Position numbers and translations under genes: made by a program | From: Antedon mediterranea | Taxonomy: Eukaryota; Animalia; Echinodermata | Assembly (NCBI RefSeq): GCF_964355755.1 | Contig: NC_092680.1 | Location: forward strand, 6,510,001-6,574,000 | Length of the DNA stretch: 64,000 bases | Reading direction: 5' to 3' | Notes under the pieces: model-generated | Databases searched by the model: none | What the model was told of the DNA's origin: nothing | Seen by the model: the letters and a program-made list of their open reading frames with translations, nothing else | Shown here: positions 40,825 to 53,243 of the stretch, in pieces | How the letters are laid out: every line of letters begins with the position of its first letter | Numbering within the stretch: the stretch's first letter is position 1

Positions 40825-40991
40825 ACTTGCACTGATGAAGGGCTAGTGTTGCCCGAAAGCTCTGCTAACTTTTCTGGGTGTTTACTTTATCGTTTTGATT
40901 TAGCTTTTTGCTTTTTTTTTGTATCTCCATTGAGATCCAGCCACTGATACCCACAGCATTGTCATTTTTTTCAGTAATTTGCCTTTGGATT
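40825..40991 (+). mobile_element. Penelope-like pLTR/retrozyme-like unit (~165 bp)
   Basis: Near-identical inverted copy at 58691-58856; carries a hammerhead core. Confidence 0.75.
40829..40865 (+). ncRNA. Minimal type I hammerhead ribozyme
   Basis: GCA-CTGATGA-A-GGGC(TAGTGTT)GCCC-GAAA-GC-TC^-TGC: intact core, 4-bp stem II, 3-bp stem I, loopless palindromic AGCT stem III. Confidence 0.8.
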
Positions 40992-41431
40992 TATATATAC
41001 TGTATATATAGATTATGTACAATCAGCAATACAAACCATTGGAGTTTTATAAAACAGACCTTTTCTCCATGCTTAAATATTTGTTCAACATTTTTAAAAG
41101 GCATTTACGATTAGTCAGAAATCTGCTTAAAACAAATATTAATTTGTTTTGATCATTTTACATTTAAAAATGTTGTGCATGACTAATAATTATTCCAGAG
41201 TATAATTGATTAGTTATAACAATTTTATGTCAAAATATATCATTTCAGTTGCAGTAGTTAATATTTCTTTCTTTTTTATTGTTGTGATTGGTATGAGTTA
41301 AACACTTTTCATCGTTTTGACTGAATTTCAAAATGGTACTAAAATATTGATGTTCACAAACAACTAGTTCAGCAAGAACACATGTTGTTTAGAAAATAAC
41401 AAACAATGAGCTACATAAGGAATATATCCTA

Positions 41432-41467
41432 AAGCTATATCTACACTATCAAACTTTATGTGACAAC
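41432..41467. mobile_element. Single end of the Harbinger-like MITE
   Basis: AGCTATATCTACACTATCAAACTTTATGTGACAA. Confidence 0.6.
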
Positions 41468-42397
41468 ACAAGAAGACAAAATTTGTTTGTAATATCTAGA
41501 CCAACAAAGTATTCATCATCATTTAAAATCCTTTTCTTCATTTTGTATTGTATTAATACATTAATATGAATATCTAGGTCTAAAGTATCTGTCTTCTTAA
41601 AAGTCCTCTTGATTGTAAGTGGAAAGGTAATCCATAGTACACTACTGCCTACGAAATGATTGATGGTAAGAAAATAAAATAAAATTTTACAAATAAGTCA
41701 CAAACATGAACACCAAAACATTTCTCAAAAAACACATCTGTCCTCAACATAATTATAATCTACTCATGGAAAAATTAGTAAAGAGTTAAGTGATTTCAAC
41801 TTCAATACAGCCAAGTCCTAGAAGATATACCAATAATATTTTGAATGTTACAGTTAATATGACAATCCGATTATAATCTGGCATTAAAGGAAGGATTTTT
41901 ATGATTGTCAACCTCTACTTCAAAATCTAAGCTAAAAGTCTCATGATTTTTAATTTATACTTGAAAATATACTTAAGTTTTCAAGAGCATGACTTTTTTG
42001 TGTTCAAGTTATTTAGCCTGTACTGCAATTTTTGTTGCCTGCCCATGTTTAGTGACCATCATTTCAACATCTTTATAATTAATCTTTCCGTGACCCTACC
42101 ATATTAATTTGACCCCAGTGTGCTTTCATAAAAGTTTTATAATCTGGTTTACTAATTCGTGGACTTACAGTAAACAGCATCAATTTTTATTTAAACAGCT
42201 ATGTTTGCAATCCGTTTTGTTTTTTAAAAATCCAATGTTTTTTTTTCAAAAGATTTTGTTTTTAATTTCTTATTTGGTCATCATTCATGGTTAATTAACA
42301 GTGACCTTCTGTGGTGTTTTAGACCGTGAATTTCAGTTAAAAATTGCTTTACGTTATATAAATAAATTGGGAGTTTTAAGACGGTTTTTTTTAATAT

Positions 42398-43949
42398 AGG
42401 CAGTCGGCAATGATCCTATCAGTAATCATATTCTTAAACTTTGCTCTTCTACCTTATCTTTACCCATTACCAATATTTTTAAACATTCAATTTCATCTGG
42501 CACTTTCCCTGACCAGTGGAAGACCACAAACGTTGTCCAATACATAAAAATGGTTCAAAATCTAAAGTCCAAAATTATAGACCCATCTCCCTCCTTCCCA
42601 CTATCTCCAAAATTCTTGAAAGGCTTGTCAACACTCAACTATTATGTCATGTATCGCCCATTATTTCCCAAGATCAACATGGCTTCATGCCTGGTAGATC
42701 TTGTGAAACAAACCTTGCTACTCTTCTGTCTACCGTGTATGAAGCCATCGAAACTAAAAAGCAATGTGACATAATCTACATCGACTTTAGTAAAGCTTTT
42801 GATAAATTGTCCCACAACCTATTATTATTAAAACTTCATCAGTTTGGGATTAATGGTACTTTCTCATGGTTTAAAAGTTATCTTGGCGGTAGGATGCAGA
42901 GAGTAGTAATTGATGTTGCCACATCCAATTCTCTCCCAGTCATCTCAGGCGTGCCTCAAGGTTCCATTCTTGCCCCCCTGCTGTTCAATATATTTGTAAA
43001 TGAAATACCAAATCTCTTTCAAAATTCCAACTGTCTTATGTTCGCTGACGACCTCAAGATTTACAAAATCATTACCACCACTGAGGACTCCGTTGCACTT
43101 CAGGCATATCTGGAAAGACTCGGTACGTGGGTTTCCGACTGGAAAATGTTGCTGAAGTCCGAGAAATGCAAAGTCCTGTCTTGCTCTCTTAAGAAAAAAC
43201 CTATTATTTTCGCTTACTCTGTTCAAGAAGAAGTCCTTGAAAGTGTAAACTCTTATCGGGACCGCGGCAATTTCATCGACCGTAAACTGACATTTATTTC
43301 ACACGTTGATCATGTTGTCAGAAAGGCCAATAGGCTGCTTGGGCTGATGTGGCGCAATTGCAAACATTTCTCTCCATACACCAAACGTGCACTTTATCTT
43401 TCCCTCATCCAACCATCTTTCAATTTCTGTTCAATTATTTACAACTCACTCTCTGCTTCTCAAGCCTCCAGAATAGATCGGACCCATAACAAGTTCTTGC
43501 GCTTTGTCAGCCCAGCAGCCAACCTGCCTCCTATTCTTTCCCCGACATCTAGGAGAGCAAGACAGGATTTGCAATTCCTGTATAAATGTCTTACTTCTAA
43601 GTTTGATTGTATCTTGTTTCGTTGTTTTATTTTAATGTTCCTGTTCGTAATCTTCGTAGTAAACCCTTTCTTCATGTTAAATTTTCTCGTGTCAATGTTT
43701 GTAAAAATTGTATTTTCTGTAGACTTTCGTCTTTGTACAATTCATGTCTTTTAAAAAATAATTCTTTAGAATATCTTTAACTGTAATTTCTCTCAATTTA
43801 AATGTATTATTAATGAAATTATTTAAATAATCTTATTTACATTTTTGTATATATTTATATTGGCTTATATTTATAGTTTAGTTATTTTATTTTCAACCTG
43901 TTATTGTTGTTTTACACTGTTGGCTTGAAATAAAGAATAAAGAATAAAG
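42398..43949 (+). mobile_element. 5'-truncated CR1-group LINE (reverse transcriptase, 3' UTR, (AAAGAAT)n tail)
   Basis: ORF 42516-43754 has NYRPISLL, QHGF, YIDFSKAFD, SGVPQGSILAPLLF and FADD. Homology extends upstream across a frameshift (..FPDQWK..). Possible TSD AATAT. Confidence 0.95.
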
Positions 43950-44921
43950 AATATCTTTCTTTGTGCAACTTATTTCTAGGCTAGAAAAAGAAACATCATT
44001 TCAAAATACAGTTGAACTCTCCAGTGACATCATTTTGTGTAGACATTATAATTAATGGAGTCATTCTAAGGTTATTGATTAAGAATATATAGCTGTATTT
44101 TATTTGTGTCCAGAACAATGATAAATTATTAACATTTTTCATTATTTAGACAACATGATATTTTAAAATTGTTGCTTAATTAACATGTGACTACAAAATG
44201 TCAGTATAAAAAATATATAGATCTAAACTTTCTGTTTCAATCACTACTACTAGTAGTGGGAATGTACTCTATTTCATTTCTGTCACTGTATTGTTTTTGC
44301 ACTATCCTACCAATATATTTACTATCTTTTATCTGCAAACATCAGTTGATAGCATTTCTTCTTTTTTATTAATTGAATTTGTTTTAATGTGAGGATATTT
44401 TCTAGGAGAAAGTGTTTTACATATTCAAAGTGGGAATGGTAAACATAGCCGGCACAGTGGTCATATTCACAAATTTCACTTCAGTGGGATATTTCTATTG
44501 AATAACTTATTTCTGCTTTTTTTATTTCTGCTAATATTGAATTATTTTTCTTTGGTATTCACTTAGATGGTTTCCTAATTTTTCACCTAGGATTATAAGC
44601 TCGTCTCTTTAAGAAGGAGTAGGAAAACTTACTGTCTTGCCCATACAGTCTTTCTATATAAATTCTTTTCATTTTTTTTTATGTAGTTTTTAGTTTTATT
44701 GAATGCACACAGAGTAAATCTAAATTTGTATTAACTCTTTTGCAGTGCGTTGGTTTCTTCATTTTTTTTCTTTATAATGCCCAACTATGATTCAATAGTA
44801 ATTCATCGTTTTGAGAGCAGAATAAACTTGAAGGTCATATAATCAATTACCTGTCTACTTTATAGCAATTTTTTTCTCACATTATTTATTACAATAATTT
44901 CATTTTCTTTTTTTTTTCCAG

Positions 44922-44999
44922 CCCACCTTGTCGACAAATACTGCAGAATAGATCAACAAGAGATATTCCATTTATGCCGTTTATCAATGGTGCTATCAT
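44922..44999 (+). CDS. SLC50A1: SWEET1 coding exon 2 (PPCRQILQNRSTRDIPFMPFINGAI)
   Basis: TTTCCAG acceptor, GTAAGT donor, 78 nt, phase 2-2; MtN3 motif (ST.....PF). Confidence 0.93.
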
Positions 45000-45730
45000 G
45001 TAAGTTTTATATTTACTAACAACCCTTTTCTAATATTCACACTTAGAAAAACGAACACAATTAAAAAATTCTCTTGAATGGCACTTAAAAGCAATCCTTT
45101 TATTGACTTAAGCAAAAATGGAATATGTTTATGCAATGAGTTTTTAAGAAAAAATTTAAAATTTAGATTCAAAACAATTCATAATGAAAATCTTTTTTTT
45201 TAATGAAAAGTTTTTCTTGTTGAATTTGATATAACAAATGTTTTAATGCAATATTGAACCAAATGTTTTCTATTGTTTAACATTATTACATTAGTAATGG
45301 TAAGTATAAATTTAACTTTACAGATGTACTATACCTTAAAGTAGTGAGATTATGCTATAGTACAAAGACAATTCCTAAATTGATTTAATGTTCACATTTA
45401 ACTTAAATAAATTCTTGATCAAGGTTCAACTTTGTCTTTGTTTTGTTTCCAATCATTTTAAAGATGAATTCCCATATTACCTAGTATCAGTTTTTATGTA
45501 TTTTCCTCCCTGACGTATCATGAATTGTATTACCGGCTTATGTGAGCCATCTAATTGAAACTAATGATTTATAACTTGGGTAGATATTCAGCTATTTAGT
45601 CTTCAGTCGCATTAGAAAATGGATTGGCATATTAACTATACTCTAAAATGACCCTGAATTTTAGAATTTCAGTTTTTTTTTCTTTAGCACAAATCAAATA
45701 TTCTTTGTACACTGTTTTTACAAACAATAA

Positions 45731-45889
45731 AACTCTGTCTATCATCAAACTTTATGTGACAAAAAAATGTGATGTAGCCATATATGGACATGATGATGTC
45801 ATATCACTACCATATTTGGGCATATCACTACCATATTTTGACACATCGCATTTTTTTTTTCAAACTAGTTTGATAGAGTAGACAGAGCT
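45731..45889. mobile_element. Harbinger/Tourist-like MITE
   Basis: Same TIRs and internal repeats as 6047-6205. Confidence 0.8.
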
Positions 45890-46157
45890 AAATAAAGTCA
45901 TTGCATTTATGTTGCAACTTCAGTTACTATTTATGAAAGATAATAAATATATAATAATATGGAATATTGTTTATTTTTAAGTTGTTTTTAACTTCTATCT
46001 AAGCTTTGACAATGTAAGCTGCTGATTTTGTACAAATATTTAGACAAAATCGTAATTCTACAGTTTGGCATATTAACTATACTCTAAAATGACCCTGAAT
46101 TTTAGAATTGCAGTTTTTTTTTGTTGAATTTAATATTGTCATACTTTGTTTTTCCAG

Positions 46158-46281
46158 AAATATATCTATTCTCTGGTATGGCTATTTAAAGGAAGATTTT
46201 ACAGTAATTGTTGTCAATACCATTGGCAGTATAATCCATGTTGCTTATGTTTTAATCTATAATGTCTATAGTCATCAGAAG
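46158..46281 (+). CDS. SLC50A1: SWEET1 coding exon 3 (NISILWYGYLKEDFTVIVVNTIGSIIHVAYVLIYNVYSHQK)
   Basis: TTTCCAG / AAG|GTAC, 124 nt; YG..K.D...IVVNT.G motif. Confidence 0.95.
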
Positions 46282-46294
46282 GTACTGTATTGCT

Positions 46295-47146
46295 TTATAT
46301 TACATAGCCTATGTAAATGCGCGAACGTGATTGGTTGAAACTGCATCACATGACTACCGCTGCGAGGATCGTAAATCGTATATATCCTCGAGAACGATGA
46401 TATTGACTGTGTAATTTTCGCGTAATAATTGTGTCCCCTGTCATTAATCATATAAATTCTCGAGTACGATGATATTGACTGTGTAATTTTCGTGTGCAAC
46501 ACTCGAGTTTGCCGATAAATAAACAAAAGTCATCTACTCGATCTTGAACTCGGGTGGAATTGTCACTCCATCGCAAGACAACGTTTCATCCGCTGGGCCA
46601 CGGAATTTGCTTGAAGAAATTAATCTTCTAAACTATTTAAGCTATGCATACATAGCGCCCTCATTTGTTATAAGTCCACCCTAAATGTGATGAAACACCG
46701 TTTGTGATTGGTCAATACTCACGGTAGTAACCTAGTAACTAGTACGCGCTGAACATCCGGTGATTCGGCTCCTCGAAGATCGAGACGAAGACGAATTGTT
46801 TATTCGGCCTACCTGATTATAATATTATTATTAATAGGCTTATTGATGGAAATTCTTCTGTTAATTTAAACGACCTAGGCCTAAGTGAATATTTTATTGC
46901 CAAGGAATCATTAATTAGTAATTATCTGTATATTATTCTTCGCAAGGTAAGGTGTCTAGGCAGGCTTGTTTTAAATACAATACAAATACTATAGGAGGCC
47001 TAGCCTAGCTTCACCCAACCCAGCAGACTTGTTCTTGGCTATATAATATAACAGATATTGCCTTTTATATCGGTCAAACTTAATATCATTCCCTCGGGGA
47101 TGTCAAATCTTATATTTAACCTCTAAGCAGTCAAAATCTGTATAAT
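46295..47146. mobile_element. Crypton-like non-autonomous element
   Basis: TTATATTA..TGATTGGTTG 5' part and TATAATATAACAG..CCCTCGG 3' part; CpG-rich relative to the flanking intron; internal duplicated CTCGAG.ACGATGATATTGACTGTGTAATTTTCG. Classified by architecture only. Confidence 0.45.
46525..46607 (-). ncRNA. tRNA-like Pol III unit (A box, B box, TTTT terminator)
   Basis: Minus strand: TGGCCCAGCGG (46600-46590), GAGTTCAAGAT (46551-46541), TTTT (46528-46525), upstream TTAAATAG at about -30. No canonical cloverleaf recognised. Confidence 0.5.
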
Positions 47147-48080
47147 ATCATACATATTTATATTTTGTGTATAATTTTATGTATTTTTTAGTGTTTTGAA
47201 TGTTTAAATGATACCAAGGTATTATCGTAGTAAATAAACTTACACGTATAACAAATGACCTTGGTGATTGTTGCAACTTGAATTGTTGTTTAGATCTGTT
47301 GACAGAATATATATCTGCGTGCCACATTATGAATATGTTTACGCCAATTAAATGCAAATTTTCACTGACGACGTTCACACGTACAACACAATGTAACAAA
47401 TTGTTACATGGATATCTCACAGGATAATTACCAAGTTACATCGTTTTCACACGTTAGTTTGTCACGTTGTAATCTAACTCATTAAAAAGGTACGCGCATA
47501 TGCGTAGAAGGCTGAGTTGTGTTCTATACAGGCCTCTGGGGTTTACTGACTTGTTCCAAGATTTTACATCAACACGAAAATGCTTTCACACGTTCGTAAC
47601 AAGTTAACAATTTGTTACAAATATGTTCTGTGTATGATTTGTGTATGCATGTCACAATCACATCAGGAGCTATAGGCTCTGGACATGTCAAGAAAATAAA
47701 CACCATCTAATTGATTAAAAGTACATTTTTAGCCTGAACCTACAAATTTAATCTACTAATTCAGATTTCTCCATGGGTATATTGTATATTATATAATTCT
47801 GTGTATAAAAAAAATCTCATTCAGTTGCACATCAAAGAAACTCTGAAATCGGTATCTTAAAACTTAAATATCGAAATAAACTTTTGCAATTTTAAAGAGG
47901 GAGTTTGTATTAAATTTACATTTTTATACTTAGATAATCATTATATAGTTATTAAGAGGAGGAGATGTTTTTCAAAATATTGGCTGAATTAAAGATTGGT
48001 CAAACAATGGCCTATTTGTAATAGGAACAGTTGATGGAATATTATTTGCCTCACTAATACTGAAAAGCTTCTATTTACAG

Positions 48081-48242
48081 ACAAACACATTAAAGAAAAC
48101 ACTTCTTGGAACGGCAATATTATCTATATTATACATATATCTTCAAATGATTGTTGTCGAGAGAGCGGCTATAGTTCAAAGATTAGGAATGCTTACGTTG
48201 GTTCTGTTGATGCATGGAAACTTGTCACCACTGTTAGCTTTA
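48081..48242 (+). CDS. SLC50A1: SWEET1 coding exon 4 (TNTLKKTLLGTAILSILYIYLQMIVVERAAIVQRLGMLTLVLLMHGNLSPLLAL)
   Basis: TTTACAG / GTAAGT, 162 nt, phase 0-0; LG...SPL motif. Confidence 0.93.
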
Positions 48243-51200
48243 GTAAGTACAATATCCACGGAAGGATGGCTATTTAATTTAAGTCAATCAACAGGACATA
48301 TTTAATGTAAACTTTTGATTTTACAAAAACAGCTGAATCATATTTTTTTTATGTAACATTTGATTTTCATATTGCATGTGACATATTTATATATATATTT
48401 ATATATTTTCATACCCTTTTCTCTACCCAGATTATCTCAATCACTGCAAGCATTCTCTTTGACCTTTGACATTTTGGTTTCTTTTAAAATTAGCATTTTA
48501 ACATGAAATTGAACACACAAAAACTATGCATGGTTTGAGAAACATAACATTATTTTACACAGATCACCTGGTATACATCAATGAAGAATATAGATATAGT
48601 TTACATGGGGAGGGAGGGTCGGAAATCTAGCGCAAACTACTTTTTGACAAATTATTAATATTATGTGTTTAAATAATCCTGAATCCAGCCTGGTTTATAT
48701 TGCTTTTTCTTTAAGATGCATGATACACAAATAAATCACTGCCTAGTTTTATGGCAATGTAGTATAATGTGTAATCATCTAATCTATCTCCACTATTTTT
48801 CTAAATTGTAAAGCAATTTACTTTGGCAATTTTATGAGTCTATGGAACGTTAAAAATGTTCTCGGAAATGAGTCTGGAACCATGTCTATTTCTGTATTGC
48901 CTGTGGTTTTGTTTTAGTATTGGCCTATTTTATTTTCATCATTTAGGTGGCCAAAATCAAAAGTAATTTAAATTCTTTAGCAATATTAATTAATACTGAC
49001 TATGGCGTTGAAATGTACCTGGCTGGAACGACCCACATGGCCTACATTTTTAAAATAATTTTTAAACAGGTATAAATGATGAGGAATGATTTATCTAGCC
49101 TACGGTAGCTTAGTTTAATTTAGGTCAGCATATCTTCTTTCATTGCCAACTTCACTAGTTGATTAGGATTAAGTATTGGCCATCATAGGTCACTGTAAAA
49201 ATTGTTTTACCCACTCCTCTCTATTTAAAAAAGTGACATCAAACAATCCATTGGGCCTTATTATTAGTAGATAGCCGAGTGACATTTCCTATGCTTTTTT
49301 TGGCGTTCTGATAATACAAATTTGTTCCTTCTTTACAAATGTTTTTTTCATTATAATTTTAAATCCTTTAAACAACGGTAATATGTTAAAATGATTTTTA
49401 AAAGGATTAACAATCGGTTTTTGTTTTCTATACATTCTCTACTTTAATTTTATTATATTATTGTCTACTCAATCCTCATAAACATTGTCAAATTAATTTG
49501 AATTTACTGACTGAAGAAGATTTAATCACATTTCACTCTAAATTATTATTGATGAGACTAGACGTGATTAAATATAACAAATATAGTTTCACCATATTAA
49601 TAAAGCTTCATGATTGACTAGATTGGTTTTGTATATTTTTTTCCACTATAAACTTATTTTCTAAACCTATTAAAAAACTAATTATTTTGTATGTGTATGT
49701 ACTTCTTTAAACATGTAAACTTTGTGAACCCTTTTTTCACTTTAAGTTGAATGAAAAGTCACTGAGTTTGTATATACTTTTTTAATTTATAATAAGAACT
49801 TGTATTTATTTTATTTAAAACATATTCATACAGAAAAAAAAAGGAAACATGTATAGGGCTTGTATATATACTGTACATAAATAAAGATTTTTATAGCACC
49901 CTCTATGGTTTGAAGTATTTAAAAAAATATTATAGCATCATGATAGTTTGGACATGATTTCATAAATCTGCCAGATATTTCATATTGGTCCAAGTTGGGA
50001 AGGTCTGCTGTAGTGTGCAGTTGAACTGCATAACTAAACAAAGAGATAGAGATTCAACTACTGTTTGAAATACCAAAATGTTTTACATTTTAAATGACAC
50101 GGTATCACACTTTGTTGACTCCCATTCTTCAATTCATACAGTATTTGGATATTATGAATTAGTTGCCTGTGGCTCGGAGCCTAGAATCGACAATCTGCTT
50201 TAAATTTGACAGATTTTGTAGGTTAATTGTTACTTGGTAATGATCCACATGTTACAAATATCTGTTGATTATTTATCTTGATGAAAAATGCAAACTTTAA
50301 TTCCCTAAAGGTTTAATAATACAAAATCATTTTACGTGTTTTGAATATTCCCTGTGTTTGGATTGATACTGACAGGTATTATATAAATCCATCTGCGCTT
50401 GTATTTCTTCTTTTCATTTACAACAATCTAAGGATTCATCTTTTTATTATCTTGTCTTTCTTCTAACAAAATTATGGTACCATAGTGTCGTCTTCTGAGG
50501 ACACATCCTTACGCCTTGAGGTAAGGAGTAGAACTTCTCTAGGTTATTAAATTGTGTTTAACAGATGTAAACAAAGCTTGTCATGTTTGTGCCATTTTAC
50601 AATCCACAATCTTATTGTCCGGGTACTCAATATGGAGGATAGAATTCAACATGACCTTTTTTTATTGTCGCACTAGGCATTTATCTCTGCTGATGCTCTT
50701 ATGCCCAATTCTCTTGAAGATTTTGTAATGTCTTTACAAAATTGTTTCTGAGTATTTATTCATCTGACATCTGTATCTAACAAATCCAATGCTATCAGTT
50801 ATCCTACCAATACACCTGAGGTGTGACATTAACTATTGTTTTCTCAAGTCCAGATAAGCAGTATAAACGTATGTATAGATATTTTAATATTTCCTATTAT
50901 ATGCTATTTTGAAAATTTCTTTCGAAACAAACCCCAATGATCTACCAAACATTACCGTACCACATGCAGTAATTATATAGCTACATGTATAATAGTAAAC
51001 ATTTATATGTTAGGCAAGCAGATGTTGGCAGGTGTAATAATCTATCTTATCATAGATCTTGTATAACTCCACTTTTATGTCTAGAAACTTTGTCATAATT
51101 TTCTCTTTTTCGGATGATATTGTGTTAATCACAAAACTATACTACTAAGCCACAATTTATATTTTTATTAACAATTCAAAATGTGCGGTTGGTCGGATTT

Positions 51201-51845
51201 AGGCTTTAGAACTTATTTAAAGATTCTTTAATTTATAAATATAGCATAGGTATAACATCCAATTTAAGCCTACTTAAGTGTAAAGTTAGAATTCATATCT
51301 GTCCTTCAAGCCTCAGATTATATTATTATCTCTACAAAATTGTAAAAAGATAATTTTAATTTGATATACTTTTTTTTATTTCATTTGTTAAAATAGTCAC
51401 TATATAACATTTTAATTTGATTGCAATGTGTACTACTTAATCGTGACATTGTAATAGTGTAAAATAATGAATGCATCTAACCAAGCTTATCTGTCATTCA
51501 AACTTCAATTTATTGTACACTACAAAATTTCATAAAAAAATATAATTTTAATTTATATACCTTCCTTTCTTTTTCATTTGATGAAATTTTGTTTATAAAA
51601 AAGTCAATATATCATTTTAATCAAATTACATTATGTAACTTAATCTACACTATATGAATTTAAAATGCATAGATCTTAACAAGATTGTATTAAAAATAAT
51701 TGTAATTTATATATACTCCTTTGTATTTTATTTGTTAAAATTTTGTTTAAAAACATCAATACAGTATCAAATTATAATGTACAAATTTACATGAAATAGA
51801 AAACTTTAATACAATATGTTCTACTTAAACCTACACTGTACTTAA

Positions 51846-52003
51846 AGCTCTGTCTACACTATCAAACTAGATTGACAAAAAATGTGATGTGCCCAAATAG
51901 GGTAGTGATATGCCCAAATATGATAGTGATATGACATCATCATGTCTATATATGGGCACATCACATTTTTTTTGTCACAAAGTTTGATAGTGTAGACTTA
52001 GCT
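51846..52003. mobile_element. Harbinger/Tourist-like MITE (opposite orientation to 45731)
   Basis: AGCTCTGTCTACACTATCAAACT...AGTTTGATAGTGTAGACTTAGCT. Confidence 0.8.
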
Positions 52004-52732
52004 TTAGTATACAGTTATAATTCAAAGCTTATCTATCATTCAAGCTTCAATTTATTCTATAGTCTCTTAAAACCATCACCAGCCATTTAAATTTCTTCTT
52101 TTGTTAAGAAACAAGAATGTCTGATAAGTCTTGATATTTTGATAGAAATAAATTTTAATCACCCAAACAATCCCCTTGAGCTTTTTCTGAAACTTTTGTT
52201 TATAGTCATATTCATGAATTAATTTATATTAGAAATAAATTTGAAATTTAATTCTTTTTTTTGTGACACATTGATAACAAATGTTTTCTATTTTCATAGT
52301 TCAACAAACTGAAATATAACCAAATCACATTTTATTTTCAGAAAATTGCAAGTTATACTATATTATGTTTGGGCCCTTCTATCATTTGCTTTCACCGTTA
52401 ATTAATAATAAGCGTTCAGTTAATTCTGTGAGTGTTAATTATAATGTTTACAGTTATACATCCTATTGGTTTGATGAATATTGTCATGTTTTCTAAGTTG
52501 TTTATTCATTTTTTGAGAAAGGGAAGAAAAACGAAAAATTGCATTTCAAGTAGCAAAAATGGACAATGATGGTAAATGGGTGTACATTCTGAATGATTCT
52601 ATTATTGTGGTACTATAAGTAATTGTTTTTCAATTGAAGTCCAAAAGAGTTTTTTTTATTTGAGAATTAATATCAATTAGCCTTAAGGTCCCCACAGGGT
52701 TTGTTAATCTTCCAAATTGATACACATGATAC

Positions 52733-53243
52733 TTTGACAAAGGCTTTTTATTTCTGTGAAAGTAAATAGTAGTGTATTCAGATAACCTGTAAATTTACAA
52801 ATTCACAAAATCAATCATAATTATATTCTGTAATAGTAGAAATTAGTAAAAACAGAAAATTTCAATTCATGAGTACAATGAACTTTTTATAAATTATTGA
52901 AATTTGTAATATTAATATAAATATCAGCTTTTCTGAACCATTCATACATGTAAAATCTCTAACAACTCGGCAGATACACACTGAAATTTTGACAAAAGCT
53001 TTTTATTTCTGTGAAAGTAAATAGTAGTGTATTCAGATAACCTGTAAATTTACAAATTCACAAAATCAATCATAATTATATTCTGTAATAGTAGAAATTA
53101 GTAAAAACAGAAAATTTCAATTCATGAGTACAATGAACTTTTTATAAATTATTGAAATTTGTAATATTAATATAAATATCAGCTTTTCTGAACCATTCAT
53201 ACATGTAAATCTCTAACAACTCGGCAGATACACACTGAAATTT
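52733..53243. repeat. Recent ~255-bp tandem duplication in a SWEET1 intron
   Basis: 52733-52987 and 52988-53243 are nearly identical; TTT microhomology at the junction. Confidence 0.95.

Noticed and set aside
42550-43675. Overlapping ORFs 42550-42774, 42945-43226 and 43460-43675
   Set aside because: They are alternative-frame or antisense shadows of the LINE RT.
44406-44501. Hydrophobic mini-ORF after an AG (MVNIAGTVVIFTNF…)
   Set aside because: No donor in a compatible phase and no SWEET motif.
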